Source: the human T2T-CHM13v2.0 reference genome, Homo sapiens. From it: DNA of 64,000 nt. The stretch lies in NCBI RefSeq assembly GCF_009914755.1, contig NC_060935.1, one strand, 5' to 3'. Each line of letters begins with the position of its first letter. Position 1 is the first letter of the stretch. This document shows, piece after piece, positions 52,874-64,000 of this stretch. Below the pieces are notes generated by a model that was not told the DNA's origin, made no database searches, and saw only the letters and a list, made by a program, of their open reading frames with translations. Position numbers and translations under genes: made by a program.

Positions 52874-55322
52874 CTTCTTAACATGTAAGTTCAGGGGTAC
52901 ATGTGCAGGTTTATTATATAGGGAAACCCATGTCACTGGGGTTTGTTTATAGATTATTTCATCACTCAGGTATTATGTCTAGTACCCATTAGTTATTTTT
53001 CCTTATCCTCTCCCTCTTCCCACTTTCCACTCTTTGATAGGCCCCAGTTTCTATTTTTCCCTTTTATGTTTTCATGTGTTCATAATTTAGCTCCCACTTA
53101 TAAGTGAGAACATGCAGTATTTGGTTTTCTGTTCCTGCATTAGTTTGCCTAGGATAATAGCCTCCAGCTGTGTCCATGTTCCCACAAAAGAAATGATCTC
53201 GTTCTTTTTTATGGTTGCATAGTATTTTGTGGTGTATATGTGCCACATTTTCCTTACCCAGTCCACCATGGATATGCATTTAGGTTGGTTTCATGTCTTT
53301 GCTATTGTGAACAGTGCTGGAATGAACACACATGTGCATGTCTTTATAATAGAATGATTCATATTCCTTTGGGTATATACCCAGTAATGGGATTGCTGGG
53401 TCCCATGGTAGTTCTGTTTTTAGGTTTTTGAGGAATAGCCACATTGTTTTTCACAAAGATTGAACTAATTTACACTTCCACTAACACTGTAAAAGTGTTG
53501 CTTTTTCTCCACAACCTTGCCAGCACCTGCTTCTTTTTATTTTCTGACTTTTAAATAGTAGACATTCTGACTGATGTGAGATGATATTTCATTGTGGTTT
53601 TGATTTGCATCTCTCTAATTATCAGTGATGTTGAGCTTCTTTTCATATGCATGTATGTCTTCTTTGGGAAATTGCTTGTTCATGTCCTTTGCCCACTTTT
53701 TTATGGGGTTGTTTCTTTCTTGTAAATTTAAGTTTCTTATAGATAGTAGTTTGATCTTTGAAGTTGCTGACCTTTGGATAGTCTTTTTTTTTCTTCCTTT
53801 ATCCTATTTGGTGACCTTAAGGGTTTGATTGTGGTACAGGGTGGATTCAGACGACTAGCTTCATTTCTGGAAGATTTTAGGGGGCCAATGCTCAGCTCCT
53901 AGTTCCTGGACTGTGTGGTCTAGGAAACTTGTTTCGTGCCCCAACTTTGTCTTCTTGGCCAAGGTGCTCCCTGACTACTGGTCACTATTCTGATGTGTGG
54001 TGTCAGCCAAAGCATTTCATAGAGTGGTGGCAGTGGGATCCATCTTCATTTGCATGTGTGAGAAGCAGCAGTGGCAGCGCGGTGAGGTGCATGCTTCTCA
54101 GCCACTGCAGGGTACTAGCGGGTACTGGTGTGCCTGCTTCCGTGTAGGTTCACCACAGTGGCAGAATCAGCTTGCGGGGTTGGGAGGCCCCTGCTGGCAA
54201 CTATGCATGTGGTCACGCTGGTGGTGGTGTCAGCAAAGGGGCAGAACACTGTTAGGCACAGGTCTGGGTGCACTGTCTTTGTGCCACAGGCCGTGGTGGT
54301 CTCTCAGGGTGGGGAGTACCCATTGTTCTCTGGGCCTTGTTTTACTCCCATGGCAGTGTTGACACAAGGGCAGAGTGCTAACATGGCTGTGGCTGGTTGC
54401 GGCTCGCTGGCTCCTCGCCCACCAAGGCTCTGACTGCAGTGGTGGTCCAGTGGGGAGTGGGGGCAAAGTGCACTCCCACAACAGCAGTGGCAGGGCAGGG
54501 CATATGCACACTGGCTGGGTGAGAAAGCTAAAACCTGTCCACGCACATACATGCTGGAAAAGTGATGTGCATGGTTGCTGTGGGCCCCAGGGATGCTGCA
54601 GTGTGGGAGGGAGCAGGCAGGCTGGTATTTGACCATGGGGGCTGCACTGCTAGATCTTTCTGCCTATCAAGGACAATCTTCCCATGCAGGAGCTATGATG
54701 TAGCCCCTAGGAGACCCAAAGCTGCCCTGCGAGCAGGTGCTGCAAGGCTGGGCCCCCAGAAGAGGCCAGTGGATCAAAGGGTGCTCAAGTCGGACTGACC
54801 CCGTCTGGTGGGCAAGATTGCCCTACAGAGTTCAGGTCCATCAGTGTCCCTAGGGCTAATGTCTCCTATGGCTAATGTCTCCAAGTTGAGCCTAGGGAGA
54901 TGGACCTTCCTGGTGGTGCTGTGCTACAGGTGCTCTTGCACGAAACCCTCTAGGCTCCACATCAGCTATGTGCTGCCCCTATGAGTTCTCTAAGCAGCTC
55001 TCTGCATCAATGAGTGGCCATGGTGGTCAAGGGGTCTCCTCTTGATTGGATTCCAGAGGCAGGTGGTGAGAGCAGGTTGCTGTTGGCCAGTTCAACTCAC
55101 CCATTCCCTGGGAGTTGTTAGGGGCCAGGAATGAGTCCTAGTGAATGGTAGCCTCTTTCAGGTTCCCAGCTTCCTCCCCCTTGAGCCCAGCTCCTGTGTC
55201 CTCCCTCCATCCACTCTCGGTGCCTTCCCTCTGAAGATCTGTTAGGAGTGAGCCAGTCATCTTGGTCCCTCAGTGGCAGCTGTTCCACTTGGCTGCATCT
55301 AGTCAGCCATCTTGCCCTCTCC
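52874..55322 (-). mobile_element. Internally deleted L1PA13-like element (full 5'UTR joined to distal ORF2 and 3'UTR)
   Basis: Perfect 15-bp TSD ctctagagcaattta (52859-52873 / 55323-55337); L1 5' start (-) 'gggcaagatggctgactagatgcagc'; junction at ~53744-53750. Confidence 0.9.
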
Positions 55323-55339
55323 CTCTAGAGCAATTTAAA

Positions 55340-55540
55340 TCCCTGAGTTTTCTCTTTTTTCAGTTGAATATCCCCAGTTCCTCCAGTTTATTATTTCTGA
55401 ATCCCAGACCATCTTTTATGCCTTCTTTGAATAAACTCCAGTTGATTCATGTTTCAAGTGTAGTTTGTTTCAAGGTAGAGTGGCACCATCATCTTCCTAT
55501 TTTAGATGTTGTGCTTCTATGGAAGCACATGAGATGAATG
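55340..55540 (-). mobile_element. L3/CR1 fragment
   Basis: 'tgaatatccccagttcctccag...ctccagttgattcatg...gtagagtggcaccatcatcttcc'. Confidence 0.55.
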
Positions 55541-55759
55541 TTAAATTAGGGTTAATTGTCCTCCCGTTGATCACAGCTCTTTAACATCTCCTCCTCAGTC
55601 TGACCACGTGTTACAGCTCTAACCTGTGGTTGCATGTTATCTTGTTCTCTTTGCCACACACACTTAAATCCTTTATCTTTAAAAGCAAATAAAGTGCTTG
55701 ACATTGGGCACTAGCTCTTTATTCTTCCTTCTGGTTGAACTTTTGCTGGCATTATTTAT

Positions 55760-56200
55760 CTAATATTTTGTTTTCAGTTATGCTAAATGACATTACCAGA
55801 CCAGAAATATAGAAAGTAGAATAAAGAAAGAAAACAGGTCTGTTAGTCCTGATGCAATTAGTATTGACATTTTGATACGTTTCTTTCAGTCTTAGTTCAC
55901 GTGTAAGTATATGGGATTGTGGAGTGAGCACGGTACTGTGTAAGTTCCATGTTTTTACATAGTTTTCAAAATTATAATTTTATATCACCTTATATTCTCT
56001 CTGGAAAATACATTGAATTCATGTGACCTTTGGTTTGATGTTGAATGTTTTGGTTATTTTCTTAATTCCCTTGTTTATAAACAATTGTTTATAAACAATG
56101 ACACAATAAGATTGTTTTGTTTCTGTTTTCCCACAAGTCATTCTCATACTTAGGACTACTTCTTAGATTTGCTTCCTAGAAATGTTTCTCCTAAATAGTT
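55760..56200 (-). mobile_element. Very old L1ME-like fragment
   Basis: 'ttgacattttgatacgtttctttcagtc', 'ttcttagatttgcttcctagaa'. Confidence 0.4.
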
Positions 56201-57329
56201 TAGGAGAAAAAGTTCTCAACTTTTTGGTTAAAAAATTGCAATATAATAGCACATAAGCATATTTTAGAGATCACTGACTTCAGTCTCTCATTTGTAGGAA
56301 TGTCACTTGACTAAGAACAAATAACGACAAAAGAACTCACCTACGTTCCTTCTAACTAAAGGATGTGTTTATTATTTCCCCTTTCTAACACCACACTCCA
56401 CAGAACTACTTATCTACATTTATTTAACAAGGCACATAACTTACAGGTGAGTACAGTGTATACCTTACAAATAGACACAGTGATTAATAAAAATAAAAAG
56501 TAAAACAATTGAAGAACCTCTAAGAAAACAACAAATTATCCACTCAGGTATGTGTTTATAATTGACAATATTTCCATCTCAATGATCTAGATTGCTATAG
56601 GAAATAATGCGATAGGTGTAAATTTTTAGAACATGAAGTTTTCTATAGTGAAGATAGTCTTTACTTATAGCTCATGGAATTGTTCACTGTTTTCCAGTCT
56701 TCCCATATGAGACAGGTTTTCCATTGCAAACCTACATTCTTTAATATACAGAGCTTCCTGTATTATGTACAGGATTTGCCTCAACAGCCATAAAAAGACT
56801 CCTCCAATCACTGATGCCACTTTCAAAATACCAGACACTAAAAATGCTTATCCAGTCCCCTCTTGGAGCAGGGCAGGTGCTACGTGTCACTCTTATCAAT
56901 CCAATGCTATCTCCAAAATGTTAACATGGGAAATACTTCTTTCTCACCTTTTTCTTCATTCTTACTCTTCTTTCCCACCATTTAGGAGGTATGATGAACA
57001 CTGCTTTTCCCTTGAAGTTTACATATCATTTAACAAACAGTTCTCTCATTTTCACTGGGTGCCAGCTACCAAGTTGGACATAAGAACACAGCTATGGGCA
57101 GAAAGATGTGGCCCTGCCCTCATTCTACAACATTCTCACCCTGCCAAGTCCCCATGGTAGCCACTGCAAATTGCCATTTTGGTCTTCAAGTCTCTGATTC
57201 TGGATTCACCCTTCTCATTGTCAGGAGACTTCTCAGAAAATGGATAACTTAATTAGAAGAAGGAGTGGACCTATTTCAGAGTCTACTCAGTTTACAATGA
57301 TCTCTCCTGCCCCCTGCTTCCATAGTATA

Positions 57330-57461
57330 GGCTTATGGCCACCTCTTTCAGCAAGAATACTTTCTTCCTGGCCACAGCTGCTTAGACTAGATGTTGCCAT
57401 CATGTCCATTCAGAGTTCTTTCCCCATAAATTTGGAAGTTAGACCAACAAAATTAGTATTT

Positions 57462-57492
<31 letters not shown>

Positions 57493-57786
57493 GATGGTTG
57501 GATTGTCATAGACGCATTTGGGAGCTGGAAATAATTATGCCCTTTTCCATGTGGATCAGAGACCAAAGTAAGCCAGCTCTCACAGGGAGAAGAATGAAGT
57601 GGCCACATAGAAAGAGGCAGAGATAAGAGTTGGAGAGTCCAGATAGTTTTCTCATCCTCATCTGCATTTCTGACCTTGTTTGTCGTAAGATGTATTTTTT
57701 TCTTTCTTATAATAAGTCCCACTTTTTTTGCTTAACCTGCCTCAGGCTGGTTCCTGTAACTTAAAATCAAGTGGCCTGACTAATAT
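57330..57786 (+). mobile_element. MaLR LTR, old MLT1 subfamily
   Basis: 'tggccacagctg...aataagtcccactttttttgcttaacc...tgtaacttaaaatcaagtggcctgactaatat'. Confidence 0.6.
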
Positions 57787-58915
57787 GCTGGGGGTGCAGA
57801 GGTGGGCAAAAAGGGAAGATGTGCCACTTCAAGAAACCCAGGCATGATGGTCCCACAGAGAGGGTGGCGGGGTTCTTATGGGAAATGCTGCTACTTAGCA
57901 GTCATCAGGCGAAGGGGGTGTTCTTGATACCAGTCAAAAGAAAAAATGAAAGATAATCAAAATTCAGTGCTCTCAAAATTCAGAAGTTAGCGCAAAGGGT
58001 CTTTCAAATCAGAGGAAGAGAAAGGGCCTTGGAGATATAATTTAAATAAAAAATGCAAGTAAATGTTAGGTATATGATAGAAGATTGAACACCGGCTTTG
58101 CATTTGAAGTAATGAGACCAATTATTTTAGCAGAAGGAACAGAATTTGAACATAAAAATCATTTCTGTCTTATTAAAATGATAACCTGAAAAGCCAGGGT
58201 TCTTATTCCCACAACGCTGTGTAAACCAATCCCAAAATGATAGAGCACATGTTGAACGGCTAAAGACAACGTCACACAGACTTGTCTGTGTGATGTTAGG
58301 AAAGTCACCAAATTTCTACAGGCCTTAATTCATCTGAAAAATGGGGCAGTGTATACACAATTCAGAAGACTGCAGCGAGAATAAATGAGACAGTGTTAAG
58401 TGGCACAGGAGCTGGTATAAAATCTGACAACACGTTAGTTCTCTTTATCTTTGACTTCTGGTAATACACTTAAACGTTTTTAGTCAAGCCAAAAGGCATT
58501 TGGAAAAAAGTTTAGTAAATATGGTCAAGATGAGAAATAGTGTTTAAAACAAGGTAGCATTGTCTAACAAGTGTTTATTTAGCATCTGCTGTTTTCTGAG
58601 TATAATGACAAACTGTAGGGTAATGAGGCAGATTCTCAAGCATGATTCAGGCTGTGATCCTGGAGTTGGTGCTCAAGCCCCAGTCCAGATGACTCTTAGA
58701 CTCTGGCACACCGAGGGTGACAGAACCCTACATTGGGATAGGGACTCAAGTCTGTGGGGTTAAAAGGTCACCCGTATTAACTTCATACCTGCTACTAAGT
58801 TCTTATTTCTTAATCTTAATTGACACTGTGTATGAACACATGATATTGAGTAGAGCACAACTATTCTATACCAACTGGAAATGAGAAATTCTTATTCCTA
58901 TGCCGTATGTCCTGA

Positions 58916-59265
<350 letters not shown>

Positions 59266-60019
59266 CAAATAGGCCCTCTTTCAGCACACGGTGTTGTAAT
59301 TGTCTGGCTACTTGTCTGAGGGCCTAGCTAGGCTGACTATGAACTTTGTAAGCTAAAGAACTTTGTGTCTAATCTATTCCTGCCTGATTAAACTCCCAAT
59401 TCTGAGCACACTGCCTGATATACAATAGGTGCCGTAGGAAAGAAGGAAGGAATGAAGACAACAAAGCAGGAAGGCAGGCAGGAAGAAAAACACCTATAAA
59501 ATCAAGGTATGGATTGAATAATCTTTGAGGATTTTCTATCATCAACACTCTAAGACTCTGTAAATCTATTTCTAGAAGATGTATAGTGGCAAAGGACCTC
59601 CTAGACTTTTACCCTGGCACACCTGCTGGGACAGTGACACACAGAGGCCAGTGGTTTTTCTAACCCACCAGCTAAGAAACTAAACATTTTCCCCAGGGAG
59701 CTAAATTCAGAGAAGCCCTAGTTGTGAGTTGAAGCAGAAAAGACGAGGACTCAACTGCAGAGGTCCAAGTCCACTATGGCAAGTGAATAGATACAACACC
59801 AGGGTGGGAGTCAAGGACTGTGAGGAAAAAGCTCATGGGCAACAAAATGCCCAGGGCAAAGGCACCATCCTCCACCCACATATGTGCCCACAAAGGTAGG
59901 TGAGCACACTTAACTGGTTGGGCAGATTTAATTTTGTGTTAGATAGAAAAGAGAGATTGGTGATCGAGGTTCTAGGATGCAACTTTGATACTGATTCTCT
60001 ACAAAATATGATTCTCTGA

Positions 60020-60560
60020 TTCATTTATTTACATATATTCAGCTCTTTATTCAACCAGTGTTTACTGATTGGGAAAGCCAAGTTATATGAGAGAACATAG
60101 AGGGAACCACCATTCTGGTCTTAGAGAATTTAGGGAGGCAACATAAAATGTTAGGAGGCAACAGAGAGGATGAAAGAATTGATGAGTGTGAGTTGGCCAG
60201 CTGAAGAGTAGGAGAAAGGAAATTCCAGTTGCAAACATCTGGCCATTAGAGGGAACATGGTGTATTTGGAGAAACTACAAGGAATTCAGTATGGCTGTGG
60301 CATAAGCAAAGAAGGGAAAGACTAGAGGTGAGGCTGGTATCTGGAAATGGCCAGGCTTGAAGTATTTTGCAAACCATGCTAATCAGTGTGTACTTTTTCT
60401 GTAGGGCAGTAGAAACCACAGAAGAAAGCCAGAAAACCAGCCAGATAGATGGCTGCTGAAACAATTCAAGAGAGACATGATGATCTACTATAATGGCGGT
60501 GGAGAACAGATAGAAGTGAGTAAATTAAGAGATAATTAGGAGGCAGGAATTTTCAATATA
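60020..60560 (-). mobile_element. L2 fragment
   Basis: 'tgattcatttattt' tail; 'gtatttggagaaactacaaggaattcagtatggctg...gagataattaggaggcagga'. Confidence 0.65.
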
Positions 60561-61774
60561 TCTTTGTTTTAAAGATGCAGACCATAAGGTTCTCTGCAGT
60601 TTGGATCCCTCCTTGCAAGACTGGGTGTAAACTAAGTACTTAACAAAAGAGTCAGCGTACATTGGTGCTAACATATTGTCATCACTTTTGAATGTTGGTC
60701 AGGGTCTGGTCTTTATGGTGTGATATGAGCCAAATAACACATGTAGCTTGGGGAGTATTTTTTATTTTTTAGTTTGTTGGCACCCAAGGTCAGAGATTCC
60801 ATCTGCTTCACTTCCATGAAGCTATAAAACCACAATGCAGCTAATGTAACACAATAGAGCAAAGAATGACCCCAATTTCCTCATTGGTCTGAAGGCCCTG
60901 AGGTCAGCTCTTCTCAGGGCTCCCAGGGATCAAGCTTTAACAGAGAGAGGGACCTCTGCACTTTGGTACCACCTCTGCCACATGCATGCCACAGTTAAAT
61001 GTGCAATTTCAAGAGAAACAAAATTGAGTTCAGAAAGCAGTTGCTGAGGCTGCAGGTATTTGATCATGCTACTTGAGAATCTGTGGGTGGGCTAAAGGGT
61101 CATGGTAGACATGTATAGTCTTAGATTCTAGCTCAGTCTGTGTAATCTTGCAGCCCCAGGGATTCAGTTTCCTGTCTTTGCCCCAGCTTCTCGAAGTGTA
61201 TATATTATTTGTTTTGTTTATTGTCTATCTCCTCACCCCTCCCAACAGAATGTAGGCACCATGTAGGGAGAGGTTTTTATTTTGTTACTGTAGCCACAAT
61301 AATTGGAACAGAGCAGGTGCTTAATTAATGTTTTTTGAATAATTAAATTAGCTGAATGAACTTGGGGTAAATTATTTCAGTTCAGACTTTGGGTTTATCC
61401 ATATTTCAAATGGGACTGATTGTATATGTTTTACTCTACCCTCAGGACTCTTTCAAAGCTATAATGAGAAAATAAAAGATCCCTAGCTGGATGTTCAGCT
61501 ATCATCTTTTATATTTTAGCTAGTTTATAGTGGCTTTCTATCTAGCTTGTCATTCATCCAGCCATCAATTCATCCATTCACTCATCATCTCTAGTTTAGC
61601 ATCTGCTGTGTACCTTTGTAGAGCCTTTAACACCATTCCATACCGAGGATTATGCTAGATACCATATTCACCATCTCTAGTGTTTGTGTGAATTTTGGAA
61701 AGTGATTGCTATATATTTTTTTTTATATAAATGAGAGAACTGAGGCTCAGCAACTTCACACAGATGTAAAGTAG

Positions 61775-62099
<325 letters not shown>

Positions 62100-63059
62100 C
62101 AGGTGTATCCAATTTGCTTTTGACTCCCAGATATTCCAGTTCCTAACTGTAGTTTTCTCACCTGTGAAATAGGCACTAAAATGCCTACCTCACAGGCTCC
62201 TCTACTTGAGCCTGGCATAGACGCAGTAAATTTGTTGAAGCACTTAGATAACACCTCACCCTTGCTGCTGTCACAGGTATTTCCATGGGGGTGCCCCACT
62301 GACGATCATCATGGCAAATCACACTCACTACCCTTTTTTGATTACCCTCATGTCCTTCATTATTCATGGTTGTTTTAGCAGGAAAACCACATTGATATTG
62401 CCCACTCCTTCTCATTGCTAGCATACAGTGGCATGTAGGTTTCCTGTCTCTGTGCTTCTATTGCCTTCCCAGGTCTTTTCAGTCTCCTCTCCTGGGGAAA
62501 CTCTCACTCCTGAATGCAGACACAGGCCCTCACTGGGGAAGTTCCAGATGTCTCTTTATGGTTCCTTACTAGTCCCCTCCTATTCAATTCCCTCAGAAAG
62601 CCTCTCCTAAAGAGTCATTTCAGTGAACAAAATAAAATTTGACGGTAGCAGTAAAAGTATTTCTCCATGTATTATTTTGCACAAAACTTAGAAAAAAATA
62701 TTAAATGCTAAAAAGGATACAAATAGTTCATTTCCCCCTACTAAATGTGGCATTTTGGGGCAGTTTCTTGCAATATTGGGCATCGGGGCCTTGTTGAATT
62801 ATGTAAAGTGGTGTTTTGATAGAGTCAGAAGATACACACAGGCCCCAATCCAAACCCTAGCTCCTTGTATTTTTATTTATATGTATTTGTTTGTTTGTCT
62901 GCTGTGTCACTATGTCTTGACCACAAGGTAATGCAACCTTGGCCACTGACATTCTCTTTATTTGCTTCTGTTTAATCATTGCAAAGAGAACGATATTTGA
63001 GCATTATACTGACTACTCCCTTACTCAGCTCACAGAGGAGTAGAGGGCTAAGAAGTGAG

Positions 63060-63270
63060 TTTCCAAATGCCTGCAGTGAGCCAGGCAATGGACTAGGTGC
63101 TGTACATATACTGCATATTATTAAATGTTCACAGTTCTTCAAGGCGTGTGTTCCCATGTTGTAGATGTATAGCCTGGAGCTCAGAAATATAAGAAAATTG
63201 TCCAAGTCATACAGGTTTGAAACTGGAAATTGAATGTACATCTCTCTGACTCCAAAGCCACTACTTTTTC
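63060..63270 (-). mobile_element. MIR SINE
   Basis: 'gagccaggcaatggactaggtgct...cccatgttgtagatg...gtccaagtcatacag...tctgactccaaagcc'. Confidence 0.7.
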
Positions 63271-64000
63271 CACTCCACTCTCACACTTAGCACAGCCCAG
63301 TTCTACTTCATCTCTACCATGTATTATTTGTACATATGCATGGCTCTTAGTTTTCTTTGAAAGTGGAAGTAATGTCTTCTACCTTTTTCTCCTTATTTTT
63401 TCATCAAGACTTCTAGTGCTTAGTGCAATATAAATGCTTAATATGTGCTTCTTTAAAAACAACATAGGTGAACATGTTTTGTTTTAATGATTAGCTATTA
63501 ACTCCACGCACCAGACATGAGCATAAGAACCAGACTTTTTCATCTCACATTTTTTCTGATGGCTTTTCTTGTGGCCATCCATGCTTAGAACTGTCTGCCG
63601 ATTTTGCCCTTGAAGCTTAGAACTGTCTGCAGATTTTCCCCTTGAAAAATGAAACTTTTTATTCCTTTAGTTAAAAGAGTATAATAAAAATCCCCAAACT
63701 AATAATGCTTTGATTTTTTTTTTTTGTTACTTGCCTTCTTAAAAACTCCTGTTGCTTATATAAAAATGGAAAACTGCCTTTTCCATTGCTTCAGATTACT
63801 TTTGTTAAAATACTTCTGGGCGGCCAAATTTCAACCTGAAGCCAATGTTCGTATCCAAATCACAAATAGGAATGAGAAATATGTTTGGGTTATTTCCCCC
63901 CACTCTCATTTTTACTTCCTCAATCTAAACTTTCCTTTATGTTAACTGTTAACAGAAGTGTTACTTCTGTTAATACTTGAAGACATTGAGATAAAAGTAT

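Noticed and set aside
53929-54798. Cluster of overlapping ORFs / possible CpG-island gene
   Set aside because: GC-rich, CpG-depleted L1 5'UTR; stop-poor by composition

Overview
Primate (most likely human or great-ape; contains an AluY-type element) AT-rich, repeat-dense genomic DNA. I can support no protein-coding exon, tRNA, rRNA or CpG island. The ORF track is explained by Alu, L1 and simple-repeat translations plus chance ORFs. About half the window is recognisable interspersed repeat: 10 full Alus and 2 Alu monomers; many MIR, L2 and L3 relics; MaLR/ERVL solo LTRs (THE1A, THE1D, MSTB, MLT1, MLT2D, LTR33, LTR41); DNA transposons (Charlie1-type, Tigger3, MER20, MER53, Kanga/Tc2); and a ~17 kb nested L1 stack (25.9-42.9 kb). 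Subfamily names come from recalled consensus features, not a RepeatMasker run, and boundaries of old elements are approximate. I found no convincing novel biological system. The best oddities are genome-evolution signatures: (i) a TSD-flanked L1PA13-like element whose intact 5'UTR is fused to the distal end of ORF2 next to a splice-acceptor-like site; (ii) two ~93-94% identical local duplications in A-B-B'-A' order beside a TA-rich minisatellite; (iii) two candidate L1 3' transductions; (iv) a fold-back templated insertion in an L1; (v) a MER53 hairpin carrying a miR-1302-like 21-mer; (vi) decayed pogo-transposase and possible RTE-endonuclease reading frames.
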